A stretch of 64,000 nucleotides of DNA from Candidatus Paceibacter sp. (GCA_020725175.1 DYFM01000001.1:1504-65503); one strand, 5' to 3'. Numbered from the stretch's first letter, positions 18,723 through 28,050 are shown. Program-made: numbers and translations. Notes: generated by a model from the letters alone, not told the origin.

Positions 18723-20824
18723 AGCGTCACATTGCTATTATTCTTCCCTGTTACAACGAAGAGAAAATCATTTCTCACTCTCTTCGTTCATTAACCGATT
18801 TTTTGGAAACGCAAATAGAACAACAGTGGACAATTGTGTGTGTTAATGATGGGAGTAGTGATACCACTGCGTCGAAGATTCGAGAATTTCAAAAAGAATA
18901 TCAAAATACTATTGTTACGGTACATTTCGTAGACAAAACTCATAATGAAGGAAAGGGGGCGGCTATTCAAGCGGGGGTAGAAGCGGTGAGGGCTGATTGG
19001 TATGGATATATGGATGCGGATGTATCGATTGACTTCCAGATTGCCCTACCAACGTTTGTTTCCGCAATGGATTCAAGTGATATGTTGATTGCGGAACGAA
19101 CTACCATGCAGAAAGAATACTCATGGTTTCGGAGATTGTCTTCACGGTTCATGACGTTTTTTCCGCGCTGGTTTTTTCGATTGTCATTTTCCGATCCGCA
19201 ATGTGGCTTCAAGTTCTTTCATCATTCTTTACTTCCATTGGTATCGGCAGTGCGGCAAAGTCGTTTTTCGTTTGATATAGAATTGTTGGTGCGAGTACAA
19301 ATGCAGGGAAAAAACATCAGGAGTATTCCGGTTACCTGGCAACATCGTACCGAAACGAGCGTTCGTCTGCGTGATGGCGTACGCTACCTCATAGATTTGT
19401 TTCCTATCATGGAGGTCGCCTATTCATGGCGGACGTTTTTGCGTTTGTATGTTCTCATGGCGTTTTTCATCACGATAATCGTGTATGGTTGGACAGTAGT
19501 CTACGGATATTTTTTTTCTGATGATTTTACGTGGTTGTGGCACGGGGCGAAGATTTTGCGTGGTGAAATAGGGATCATGGCACACATGTCCACGTTTTTC
19601 TCTCCGGTTATCAATGTGTTTTATACCCTTTTTTACACGTTGTTTTCCTATCATGCTTCGGTGTATTTTGGATTTGGTCTTTTGGTTCATGTGCTCACCG
19701 CAGTCATGGTGGGGGTGCTTACCCGGTACTTGAGTCGATCTCAGTTGGCCGGATTTATCGCAGTGGTATTGTTCTCTTTTGCTGGGAGCGCGTATGAACC
19801 GTTGGTATGGGTCGGGGCAAATATGCATAGTGTGGCAGCGATGTTTATTGTTTTGTCGGTACTATCGCTCGTTTTGTTTTTTGAGAAACCGAAAAGTAGA
19901 TTTTTGAGCCTTTTTACTACGGTACTGGCATTACTATTCGCACTTGGAACAAAAGAAATTGCTGTTGCGTTGCCACCAATATTATTGTATGTTTCTTGGT
20001 GGTATTTGCGTGATAAAAAGGTAAGACAAGAAACATGGAAACTATTTTTTGTGGCGATTATTGTATCGGCTGTTCCATTGTTTTGGTATGTCTATTCCCA
20101 ATATATCTGGCAAAAAAGTAGTGTTTGGGTGGGAAGCGGTGCTTTCTCTCTCTCAGTAGAGCGGTTGTATGGATTGCCGATAGTTCTTATGGATATGGTT
20201 TTTCCGTTAGCGCAGTTTTTACGATCTCATACCGCAATGTCGTATGCTCTTCTAGCGCTTGGGTTACTTGTTGCACTTTTATATCGATTTCGTCAGAATG
20301 CCACTGTCTGGTTTGGTTTTATTTGGGCGGTCATGGCTGTGATGCCGGTTTTATTTTTTAATCATCTACATTGGTGGGATGTTTTACCATCTCGGTACAC
20401 CTATACGGCTCGTATCGGTATTGTGATGATGATTGCTGTGATACTGGTGCAATTGTTGCAACAGGGAAAATATTTGCGACTCGTGCATCGTTTATTTTGG
20501 GTGATTCTTATCTTTATTCTATACAACACGATACATACCGCTCATATTATTTCCACCCAGTATGCATATGTGTATGAAACCGGTCGGGCACTAACAAAAG
20601 TAAGTGAAGAATTGGCTACTATACAGCCGGAGAAAGTTGTAGTAGAATGGTATAGACCGTTTGAAAAAAATGTTGCGCATATTATCGGTGCATTTGACGT
20701 TATCGCCGGTATTCCGGAGGATCGGGTAGAGTTTTTGGAAAAAGATGAATTGTATGAACCGAAAGAGGGTGAAGTGGTAGTACGGTGGAATGATGGAGAT
20801 ATGCGATATCATTTGTTGAGGTAG
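18719..20824 (+). CDS. Family-2 glycosyltransferase (DPM1-like) fused to a large multi-pass membrane domain
   Basis: N-terminus ILPCYNEE...VNDGSSDTT...DADVS (GT2 DxD region); C-terminal ~450 aa highly hydrophobic. Confidence 0.6.
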   Translation: MKRHIAIILPCYNEEKIISHSLRSLTDFLETQIEQQWTIVCVNDGSSDTTASKIREFQKEYQNTIVTVHFVDKTHNEGKGAAIQAGVEAVRADWYGYMDADVSIDFQIALPTFVSAMDSSDMLIAERTTMQKEYSWFRRLSSRFMTFFPRWFFRLSFSDPQCGFKFFHHSLLPLVSAVRQSRFSFDIELLVRVQMQGKNIRSIPVTWQHRTETSVRLRDGVRYLIDLFPIMEVAYSWRTFLRLYVLMAFFITIIVYGWTVVYGYFFSDDFTWLWHGAKILRGEIGIMAHMSTFFSPVINVFYTLFYTLFSYHASVYFGFGLLVHVLTAVMVGVLTRYLSRSQLAGFIAVVLFSFAGSAYEPLVWVGANMHSVAAMFIVLSVLSLVLFFEKPKSRFLSLFTTVLALLFALGTKEIAVALPPILLYVSWWYLRDKKVRQETWKLFFVAIIVSAVPLFWYVYSQYIWQKSSVWVGSGAFSLSVERLYGLPIVLMDMVFPLAQFLRSHTAMSYALLALGLLVALLYRFRQNATVWFGFIWAVMAVMPVLFFNHLHWWDVLPSRYTYTARIGIVMMIAVILVQLLQQGKYLRLVHRLFWVILIFILYNTIHTAHIISTQYAYVYETGRALTKVSEELATIQPEKVVVEWYRPFEKNVAHIIGAFDVIAGIPEDRVEFLEKDELYEPKEGEVVVRWNDGDMRYHLLR

Positions 20825-20910
20825 GTGATTTTTTTATAGAACACGGATTGGACGGAATTTGAAAAATAGAGGAAAGAGTCTTTTGGTTCGTATTTATACG
20901 TAGAATTTAT

Positions 20911-21576
20911 ATGGTAAATGCAGAGATTGATACCCTTGCCAAAAAGATTTGGAACTATCATTTACTGCACCATTCTTTGAAACCAGCTGATATTCTTTTC
21001 GTCCTTTGTAGTCATGATTTACGGGTAGCTGACTATGCTGCTGAGTTATTTCATAAAGGGTTTGCGCCTTGGCTTGTTTTTTCCGGGGGAATAGCTCACA
21101 AAGGTGATTTGGTGGAAACTCCTTGGGATGAACCTGAGGCAATGGTGTTTGCCAGGCGAGCGAAAGAATTGAAGGTTCCCGATTCAGTAATACTTACAGA
21201 AGTACAGTCTACAAACTGTGGAGAAAATGTTCAGTTTACTAAAAACCTCTTAATACAGAAAAAAATTAGTGTTTCAACCATTATAGCGGTGCAAAAACCC
21301 TACATGGAACGAAGGACATTTGCAACATTGAAGAAGCATTGGCCGGAAAAACAGATAGTCGTTACTTCTCCTCCAATTTTGTATGAAGAATATCCAACGA
21401 CAGAAATTTCTCTTGAAGATGTAATTCATATCATGGTAGGAGATTTGCAGAGAATAAAAATTTACGCCGACAAAGGGTATCAAATTTCTCAGGAAATACC
21501 AGCGGATGTGTGGCAAGCGTATGAAAGACTGGTAAAACTTGGATACACGAAGCATTTGATAAAAGACAACCATTAA
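20911..21576 (+). CDS. DUF218 (YdcF/ElyC/SanA-like) domain protein
   Basis: ...LVFSGGIAHKGDLVETPWDEPEAMVFARRAKELKVPDSVILTEVQSTNCGENVQF... resembles the DUF218 conserved core. Confidence 0.55.
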   Translation: MVNAEIDTLAKKIWNYHLLHHSLKPADILFVLCSHDLRVADYAAELFHKGFAPWLVFSGGIAHKGDLVETPWDEPEAMVFARRAKELKVPDSVILTEVQSTNCGENVQFTKNLLIQKKISVSTIIAVQKPYMERRTFATLKKHWPEKQIVVTSPPILYEEYPTTEISLEDVIHIMVGDLQRIKIYADKGYQISQEIPADVWQAYERLVKLGYTKHLIKDNH

Positions 21577-21589
21577 AAAACAGTTGTGT

Positions 21590-22279
21590 ATGCACCAAAT
21601 CCAACTTCAACAATTTTCCGGACCACTTGATTTATTGCTTTCTTTGATTGAAGATGAGAAAATGGATATTACCACTGTTTCATTGTCGACAGTTACCGAG
21701 CAATATCTCAAGTATATTGATGAGCATGAAGAAATTCCGGCGGAAGAGTTGGCTGACTTTTTGACGGTAGCGGCAAAATTGTTATTGTTGAAATCGAAAC
21801 TGTTGTTACCAAAATTTTTACCGGAAGAAGATGAGGAGCCGGATTTGGCTTCTCAATTGCGACTGTATAAAGCCTTTGTGGAAGCAAGTCGCACAGTTCA
21901 TCGGCTATGGTTGAGTGAAAAAAGAGGGGTATTTCGTGTTGAACCGGTTCGAAAGGTGGAGGGATTTGTACCGCCGGAAAACGTTACTGTGGATAGCCTC
22001 CACACGCGTATGGTACAATTGTTGAAACGGTTAAAACCATTAAAAGCTCTTCCAAAGACTACTATTGATAAAACAGTAAGTTTGAAGGAAAAGATACATC
22101 ACATTCGAATGCTTCTTAGTAAAGATAAAAAAGTTCTTTTTCATGAAGTGCTCGATAATACACGGAATAAAACAGAAGTGATTGTTGGGTTTTTGGCCCT
22201 TCTTGAGTTGGTAAAACAACGCAGTGCTATCTTACAGCAAGATGAGACGTTTAGTGATATTGTGATTGAGGGGTTGTAA
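21590..22279 (+). CDS. scpA: Segregation and condensation protein A
   Basis: MHQIQLQQFSGPLDLLLSLIEDEKMDITTVSLSTVTEQYLKYI... ScpA signature; ATG 21590 preferred over TTG 21584. Confidence 0.8.
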   Translation: MHQIQLQQFSGPLDLLLSLIEDEKMDITTVSLSTVTEQYLKYIDEHEEIPAEELADFLTVAAKLLLLKSKLLLPKFLPEEDEEPDLASQLRLYKAFVEASRTVHRLWLSEKRGVFRVEPVRKVEGFVPPENVTVDSLHTRMVQLLKRLKPLKALPKTTIDKTVSLKEKIHHIRMLLSKDKKVLFHEVLDNTRNKTEVIVGFLALLELVKQRSAILQQDETFSDIVIEGL

Positions 22280-22287
22280 TCATCTGT

Positions 22288-22464
22288 AGGACGGATTACG
22301 GATAATACGGAGGTACGTACGGATACTAAATTTGCAGAGTAAGCTCGTAAGCAGAATAGGCAGAGTAGGCACATACAGTACAATAGCGTATTCTACGTAC
22401 TCTGCTTTCTTGCATATTCTACTCAACACCACATCCGTACCTCCGTATTATTGTAATCCGTAAA
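22288..22464. repeat. ~175 bp dyad-symmetric intergenic repeat element, copy 1 (scpA/scpB spacer)
   Basis: Terminal inverted repeats ggattacggataatacggaggtacg / cgtacctccgtattattgtaatccgtaa; internal hairpin gcagagtaagctcgtaagcagaatag...tattct..tactctgc; near-identical copy at 60321-60494. Confidence 0.8.
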
Positions 22465-22487
22465 GTTATTCTCAACAGTACATCCAT

Positions 22488-23051
22488 ATGAACTTACTTT
22501 CCCAAATCGAATCCATTCTCTTTGTGGCGTCAAAGCCGGTAACCGCTAAAAAAATGGCACAGGCCACCGGTCAAGATGTGGTAAAGATTGAAGAAGCGCT
22601 GGAAACTTTGCGTATGAAGTATAATCGAGAAGATTCTGGTATTCATTTGTTGTTTACAGAAGATAGTGTACAGATGGCAACGAATCCGGAAAACGTCACG
22701 GTAATTGATGGTTTTATTAAAGATGAAATTGCCGGCGAATTGACAAAAGCGCAGCTGGAAACCCTTACTGTTATCGCATATCACGGGCCGGTGACCCGAC
22801 CGGAATTGGAACAGATTCGCGGAGTCAATTGCGCGGTAATCATTCGCAACTTGATGATTCGGGGTCTGGTAGAAGAGCAGGTAAGTAGTGATAGTGTTCT
22901 TTCTCGATATGTGATTTCTACTGAAGCACTGCGTCATTTGGGAGTTGCGTCGGTGGAAGAATTGCCGCAGTATGAAGAGCTACATCGGCATGAATACATT
23001 GAGGCGGTGTTGAATGGTGGAACTGGTGAGAGTGGGGAAGAGGAAGGGTAA
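22488..23051 (+). CDS. scpB: Segregation and condensation protein B
   Basis: 187 aa; ...SILFVASKPVTAKKMAQATG...LTKAQLETLTVIAYHGPVTRPELEQIRGVN... winged-helix ScpB. Confidence 0.8.
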   Translation: MNLLSQIESILFVASKPVTAKKMAQATGQDVVKIEEALETLRMKYNREDSGIHLLFTEDSVQMATNPENVTVIDGFIKDEIAGELTKAQLETLTVIAYHGPVTRPELEQIRGVNCAVIIRNLMIRGLVEEQVSSDSVLSRYVISTEALRHLGVASVEELPQYEELHRHEYIEAVLNGGTGESGEEEG

Positions 23052-23115
23052 TTTTTTTGAGTCAGCGGAGATAACGAAAAATAAGCAGAGGGAGCGGAAT
23101 TATCATTACTATTTT

Positions 23116-24174
23116 ATGGATATTCGGAACATATTTCAAAAAAAAATACCGTTGATACGAAACTTCTTTTTTGTTTTTGCATTGGTAGGGCTTTTGGTAG
23201 GTGGTTTTTTCTTCACTTATTTCCACTATACCAAACCTGAACAATTAACGAAGCTATTGTTTAAAGTTGCCAACATTAACGTGGAAGGGCTAGTATTTGA
23301 TCGTTTGGTGGGAGGTGATATTATGATTGCGCCACCGGCACAAGCGGTTCCGGAACTGCCGGAGCTCATCGGAGAATTACCTGCGCCAGAATTGTTTACT
23401 GCTGAGAGAATGTTGGTAAAAGATAAAGAAACCGGGACCATACTGTATGGAAAGAAAGAGTACGAACAATGGCCAATTGCGAGTATTACAAAACTTATGT
23501 CGGCATTGGTGCTGCTCGAATATTCCCCAACCTGGTCTTCTTCAACAGTTGTAATTGGTGAAGATTGGCTGGATGTGCATATGTATAAAGGAGATACGTA
23601 CACGTTTGAACAAATTTGGAATGCTGCCTTGATTGCATCGTCAAATAAAGCTGTCAAAACGTTTGTCCACGCACTTGATATTCCTGAAGAGGTATTTGTG
23701 GCTCGAATGAATGAAAAAGCAAAGGAGCTTGGCATGACTGATACGGTTTTTTTTGAAACCAGTGGACTTGATCAGCGAAATGTTTCCACTGCTTCTGATA
23801 TCGTGCTACTCTTACAAGCTGCTCTAGAAGAGGAAAAAATTCAAAAAACCTTACTTACCAGAGAATACCGTTTGTATTCAAAAGAAAGAAAAAAAGGTCA
23901 TCACATGTGGAACACAAATTGGTTACTGTTGGGTTGGATTCCAAACACCTTTCCAAAAATCAATGGAGGAAAAACAGGGTTTATCGAAGCGGCACAATAT
24001 AATCTAGTGATTGAGATTGAAGATGAAAAAGGAAGGGTTTTGGATGTGGTCATTTTGGGGGCAGAAAGTAATGAGAGCCGTTTTACCGAAGCAAGAGATG
24101 TGGCCGAGGCGGTATTAAAACAGTATCGTTGGCCGAAGGATGAGATTGTTGTTGAGGATGAAATAACCGATTAA
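23116..24174 (+). CDS. D-alanyl-D-alanine carboxypeptidase (PBP5/6-like, peptidase S11) with N-terminal membrane anchor
   Basis: SxxK (ASITK), SxN (SSNKAV) and KTG (GGKTGF) active-site motifs; start at internal ATG 23116 to avoid overlap with scpB. Confidence 0.75.
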   Translation: MDIRNIFQKKIPLIRNFFFVFALVGLLVGGFFFTYFHYTKPEQLTKLLFKVANINVEGLVFDRLVGGDIMIAPPAQAVPELPELIGELPAPELFTAERMLVKDKETGTILYGKKEYEQWPIASITKLMSALVLLEYSPTWSSSTVVIGEDWLDVHMYKGDTYTFEQIWNAALIASSNKAVKTFVHALDIPEEVFVARMNEKAKELGMTDTVFFETSGLDQRNVSTASDIVLLLQAALEEEKIQKTLLTREYRLYSKERKKGHHMWNTNWLLLGWIPNTFPKINGGKTGFIEAAQYNLVIEIEDEKGRVLDVVILGAESNESRFTEARDVAEAVLKQYRWPKDEIVVEDEITD

Positions 24175-24195
24175 AGAAATATAGAAATAACTCCA

Positions 24196-24260
24196 CCCCC
24201 ACCCGAGGCGGGTAAACAAGGTGGGTAAACAAGGCTGACAGGTAAGGCGGACACGTGCGT
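24196..24260. repeat. Intergenic GC-rich patch with cccgaggcgg core and tandem gggtaaacaag x2
   Basis: ...cacccgaggcgggtaaacaaggtgggtaaacaagg...; core shared with the elements at 40821, 40989, 41114 and in recG. Confidence 0.5.
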
Positions 24261-24357
24261 AGGGAAATTCATTGGGTGGAATTGTTTCACTATATCTGTA
24301 TTTTGTTTTTTCGTCATGTATTGTTTCGATATTTGTTTTTAAGCGATAGTAAAATGT

Positions 24358-24864
24358 ATGTTTCATTTGAATCCTCTCGATCTTGTTGGAAATATTCCGC
24401 CGGAGCTGGCAACGTTTTTATTGTCAATGTTGCCGATTGTTGAGTTGCGTGGATCACTTCCGTTGGCGTTAACTGTATTCCAGATGCCTATCTATACGGC
24501 ATATCTGTTGGCGGTGTTGGGAAATATTTTTCCGACCATTTTTATTTTATGGCTCATGCCATATTTGCATGATTGGATTATCAAACAACGGTTTGTTGGT
24601 AATTATTTGAAACGAAAATTGCAACATGCGGAAGTAAAGTTTTCCGGTAAATATTCCAAATATGGTTTAGTGGCGCTGGTTATTTTTGTTGCCATACCGC
24701 TTCCGATGACGGGGGCATGGACCGGATCTTTGGCAGCGTTTATCTTCAATATTCCTTTTAAGAAATCATTTCCAATGATTGCGCTCGGTGTTGCGATAGC
24801 GGGTGTATTGGTCACGTTGATTACACTTTTTGCCAAAGGAGCGTTGGGGTGGTTGTTGGGATAA
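24358..24864 (+). CDS. Small multi-pass membrane protein (resembles the COG2426 putative small multidrug export family)
   Basis: 168 aa, 4-5 TM helices; family assignment from memory of the motif pattern, not verified. Confidence 0.4.
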   Translation: MFHLNPLDLVGNIPPELATFLLSMLPIVELRGSLPLALTVFQMPIYTAYLLAVLGNIFPTIFILWLMPYLHDWIIKQRFVGNYLKRKLQHAEVKFSGKYSKYGLVALVIFVAIPLPMTGAWTGSLAAFIFNIPFKKSFPMIALGVAIAGVLVTLITLFAKGALGWLLG

Positions 24865-24971
24865 TGCATAAATCAAAAGTCGAACATAAAAAATCCTAAA
24901 TCACGGAACCTGAGTCATCTGAAAAAATGAAAAGGATTTATGATTTAGGATTTTTGATTTTAGATTTTGAT

Positions 24972-25940
24972 TTACTGTATTTCCAAGACAACAATCTCTG
25001 GTGGGTTAAATAATCTTGCTCTTACTCCTGATTCTCCAATACCGCTCGTAACAAAAACATGGAGATCTTCATATGTGTACCAGCCTTGGTACCAATTTTT
25101 GTTCGGAACATCTCCAATTCTACCAATAGGGCCAATGAAAGGGAGTCGTATTTGACCGCCGTGGGTGTGTCCGGATAGCATGAGGTCAATATCATGTTTG
25201 GCAACTTCTTGAGTGGCTGCCGGATTGTGGATGAGGGCAATGGTTGGGATGTTTTTGGTACGTTTTTCCAGTGAAGAAAAATCGAGTGTGCCGTTCCACC
25301 ATTCATCACCACCAAAAAGGTAGAATGATTCACCATTGACAGAAATCTCTTCAAGCTCATTGATGAGATACTGAACACCCAATTCTCGCATTACCTCGGC
25401 TGTGTGTTGGCTCCGGTCGGTAAATCGAAATGCCGGATTAGAAATTGATTTTCCACCTGGTATTCCGTACTCGTGATTTCCATGAACTGCGTAAGTGGGA
25501 ACTGTTGAAGCCAGTCGAGCGAGTGGAGTGAGGTAGATGGTTTCATCTTCCGTGGTATATGAATTATCAATGAGATCACCGATGATAAATACAATGTCTG
25601 GTTGTAGTGCAAGAATTCTGTCGACAGATTGGTCAACAAAGTCAGTTTTTTTGTATGGCCCAACCTGATAATCAGCTATCACTACTGCGCGAATAGGCTT
25701 GGAAATTTTTGGGAGATCAATTGTTTCAGGGTTAAGAACAATAATTCTCGGTTCGATAAAACTGCCATAGATGAGGGTGAGACTGGCAAGAGAAAAGAGA
25801 ATGGCAAACAGGCGGGAAAATGTTTTGTGCAATTCGTGCCAATTGGTTTTCTTTTTCCGCAGGTAGAATAAAACCACCGCCGGAAAAGCGGTGAGGATTA
25901 TTCCTAGCCAAATGACTATATCAAAGTGGAGAGGTGTCAT
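24972..25940 (-). CDS. Membrane-anchored calcineurin-like metallophosphoesterase
   Basis: N-terminal TM then ...AVVIADYQVGPY..., DIVFIIGDLID, GNHEY, GHTHGGQ metallophosphatase motifs; start set at ATG 25940 (MTPLHF...) because the longer ORF reads through the tRNA-Leu gene. Confidence 0.75.
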   Translation of the reverse strand: MTPLHFDIVIWLGIILTAFPAVVLFYLRKKKTNWHELHKTFSRLFAILFSLASLTLIYGSFIEPRIIVLNPETIDLPKISKPIRAVVIADYQVGPYKKTDFVDQSVDRILALQPDIVFIIGDLIDNSYTTEDETIYLTPLARLASTVPTYAVHGNHEYGIPGGKSISNPAFRFTDRSQHTAEVMRELGVQYLINELEEISVNGESFYLFGGDEWWNGTLDFSSLEKRTKNIPTIALIHNPAATQEVAKHDIDLMLSGHTHGGQIRLPFIGPIGRIGDVPNKNWYQGWYTYEDLHVFVTSGIGESGVRARLFNPPEIVVLEIQ

Positions 25941-25942
25941 AG

Positions 25943-26027
25943 TGCCGTCGGAGAGAATCGAACTCTCACTCTCGCAGGGAGAACGGGATTTTGAGTCCCG
26001 CGCGTCTACCAATTCCGCCACGACGGC
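25943..26027 (-). tRNA. tRNA-Leu (anticodon CAA), type II with long variable arm, no encoded CCA
   Basis: Minus-strand GCCGTCGTGGCGGAATTGGTAGACGCGCGGGACTCAAAATCCCG-TTCTCCCTGCGAGAGT-GAGAGTTCGATTCTCTCCGACGGCA folds as a cloverleaf: 7-bp acceptor, GG in D-loop, anticodon loop CTCAAAA, T-loop TTCGATT. Confidence 0.85.
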
Positions 26028-26041
26028 TTAATGTAGCAAAA

Positions 26042-26056
26042 ATTATCCAGTGGATA
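26042..26056. promoter_or_regulatory. Palindromic DnaA-box-like pair (ttatccagtggataa)
   Basis: TTATCCAGT, and rc of gtggataac = gttatccac (8/9 to TTATCCACA). Confidence 0.25.
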
Positions 26057-26108
26057 ACAGGGAATAGTATAGAATATATTGTGATTTTTGTCAATGTGAT
26101 GTATAATT

Positions 26109-26216
26109 GCTCTGAGTTAGCTGAGCTAGCTAAGTTTTCTGAGTGCTCTAAGTTTTCTAAGAGTAGACTCAGTCAACTCAGAACACTCAGAAAACTCAGA
26201 ACACTTAGTTAACTCA
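26109..26216. repeat. Dyad-symmetric array of 9-bp repeats (ctgagNNNN x6 / NNNNctcag x5) immediately upstream of parA
   Basis: ctgagttag ctgagctag ctaagtttt ctgagtgct ctaagtttt ctaagagta | gactcagt caactcag aacactcag aaaactcag aacacttag ttaactcag. Confidence 0.75.
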
Positions 26217-26221
26217 GCACC

Positions 26222-26989
26222 ATGTCTCGCATCATTTCTGTTGTTAATCAAAAAGGTGGAGTAGGGAAGACTACTACTGCCATGAATTTGGCCGCGCACT
26301 TATCGGAGCTCGGTAAGTTTGTATTGTTGGTTGATATGGATTCTCAAGGAAATGCGACCAGTGGACTTGGAGTCGATAAAAGTACGGTGCAGCATGGAAT
26401 TTATGAAGCATTGGCACGCCAAAAAAGAATTCATGATGTGGTTCGAAATACTATGCACGATGGACTTCGAGTTGCTCCGGCAACACCAAATTTGGCGGGT
26501 GCAAATATCGAACTCGTCGATGTAGAACGACGAGAACATCAGCTTTCCGATCTCCTTTCGGAAGTAAAGCATGCGTATGATTATATTATTATTGATTGCC
26601 CGCCGTCGCTTGGTTTGTTGACTATCAATAGTTTGGTGGCAGCTGATGAACTGTTGATTCCCGTCCAGGCGGAATATTATGCTCTTGAAGGACTGGGCCA
26701 ACTTCTTAATACTATAGAACTTATTCAGACACATATAAAACCGGAACTCAAGATTCTTGGTGCGGTCATTACGATGTTTGATAAGCGCACTCGACTTTCT
26801 GAAGAAGTAATGGGGCAACTTTATCAATACTTTCCCGATGGAATATTTCGATCAATTATTCCTCGTACGGTGAGATTGGCTGAAGCGCCAAGTTTTGGAA
26901 AAAGTATTTTGCAATATGAACCGGGGGGAAAGGGTTCGAAAGCGTATGAACGATTGGCGAGGGAGATATTGGAAAAGCATGAAGGTTGA
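26222..26989 (+). CDS. parA: Chromosome partitioning ATPase ParA/Soj
   Basis: MSRIISVVNQKGGVGKTTTAMNLAAHL (deviant Walker A), ...IIIDCPPSLG... typical ParA. Confidence 0.9.
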   Translation: MSRIISVVNQKGGVGKTTTAMNLAAHLSELGKFVLLVDMDSQGNATSGLGVDKSTVQHGIYEALARQKRIHDVVRNTMHDGLRVAPATPNLAGANIELVDVERREHQLSDLLSEVKHAYDYIIIDCPPSLGLLTINSLVAADELLIPVQAEYYALEGLGQLLNTIELIQTHIKPELKILGAVITMFDKRTRLSEEVMGQLYQYFPDGIFRSIIPRTVRLAEAPSFGKSILQYEPGGKGSKAYERLAREILEKHEG

Positions 26990-26994
26990 TCGGC

Positions 26995-27150
26995 TATTGA
27001 ATCTTACAGATAATACGGAGATACGGATGTTGGTTTTCAGATATAGTGAAATGATGAAATAAAAGCTTTTCATTATGATCAATTTACTTCGCTAATTCAA
27101 TGTATAGCAAGATAGATATCTGTAACTCCGTGTTATCCGTAATCTGTACT
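26995..27150. repeat. Diverged copy of the dyad-symmetric intergenic repeat family (parA/parB spacer)
   Basis: acagataatacggagatacggatg ... ctgtaactccgtgttatccgtaatctgta terminal inverted repeats related to copies at 22288 and 60321; central palindrome gaaaagcttttc. Confidence 0.6.
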
Positions 27151-27183
27151 ATCAATTCTTCTTACTTATAAACAGGAAGTCAT

Positions 27184-28044
27184 ATGGCACTCGGCAAAGG
27201 TCTCAATTCACTTATTCCGCAAAAGAAGACGGCGACAGCTGTTCTTGATAAACCAACTACTAAAAAGCCGGATGGCGAACGGGTGTGGCAGATTCCTATT
27301 TCTGAAATTGTGCCAAATCCGGAACAGCCACGAAAGCATTTCAATCATCAGGATTTGGAAGATTTAATTGCTTCGATTAAAAAACACGGTATCATGCAGC
27401 CATTGACCGTTACGGAACGGGCAGATGGGGGATATGAACTCATTGCCGGAGAGCGTCGATTGAGGGCTTCTCAAATGGCTGGACTTGTGACTGTGCCGGC
27501 ACTGGTGCGAGGTGCGACACAGCAAGAAAAGCTTGAACTGGCGCTGATTGAAAATATTCAACGCCAAGAACTAAATGCTATTGAAGAAGCGTTTGCTTTT
27601 CAGCGTTTGATCGATGAATTTGGTTTGACGCAGCAAGAGGTTGCCGATCAAGTGGGAAAGAGTCGTCCTCAGGTAGCAAACACGATTCGATTGCTCAGTT
27701 TGCCAGACCGAGTTCAAAAAGCCTTGGTAGATGGAGTGATTACCATGGGAAAAGCTCGCGCCCTCTTGAGTTTGAAAGATGAACAGGAACTTTTAGATGT
27801 GTTTGAAGAAATGGTTGGACAACAGGTAACAGTACGAGATGTAGAAAAGACAGTCGCACAAAAAGGTGTTCGTTCTCGAAAAGGTTCTGTACGAAGAGAT
27901 CCGAATCTTCTTGCTCAAGAACAGCTTTTGGAAGATAGACTGGGAGCCAAAGTGCATATCTCTCAAAAAGGGGAACGAGGGACAATTACGATTGAGTATC
28001 ATTCGAAAGAAGAGTTGAAACGGATTATGGAGGAGATAATTTGA
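27184..28044 (+). CDS. parB: Chromosome partitioning protein ParB (Spo0J)
   Basis: ...IVPNPEQPRKHFNHQDLEDLIASIKKHGIMQPLTV...IAGERRLRAS... ParB box motifs. Confidence 0.9.
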   Translation: MALGKGLNSLIPQKKTATAVLDKPTTKKPDGERVWQIPISEIVPNPEQPRKHFNHQDLEDLIASIKKHGIMQPLTVTERADGGYELIAGERRLRASQMAGLVTVPALVRGATQQEKLELALIENIQRQELNAIEEAFAFQRLIDEFGLTQQEVADQVGKSRPQVANTIRLLSLPDRVQKALVDGVITMGKARALLSLKDEQELLDVFEEMVGQQVTVRDVEKTVAQKGVRSRKGSVRRDPNLLAQEQLLEDRLGAKVHISQKGERGTITIEYHSKEELKRIMEEII

Positions 28045-28050
28045 CATACT

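Noticed and set aside
23014-23115. Upstream extension of the dacA-like ORF overlapping scpB
   Set aside because: Extension overlaps the scpB 3' end in another frame and lacks similarity to PBP5 N-termini; internal ATG 23116 precedes the membrane anchor.
26300-26827. 175-aa minus-strand ORF
   Set aside because: Antisense within parA.
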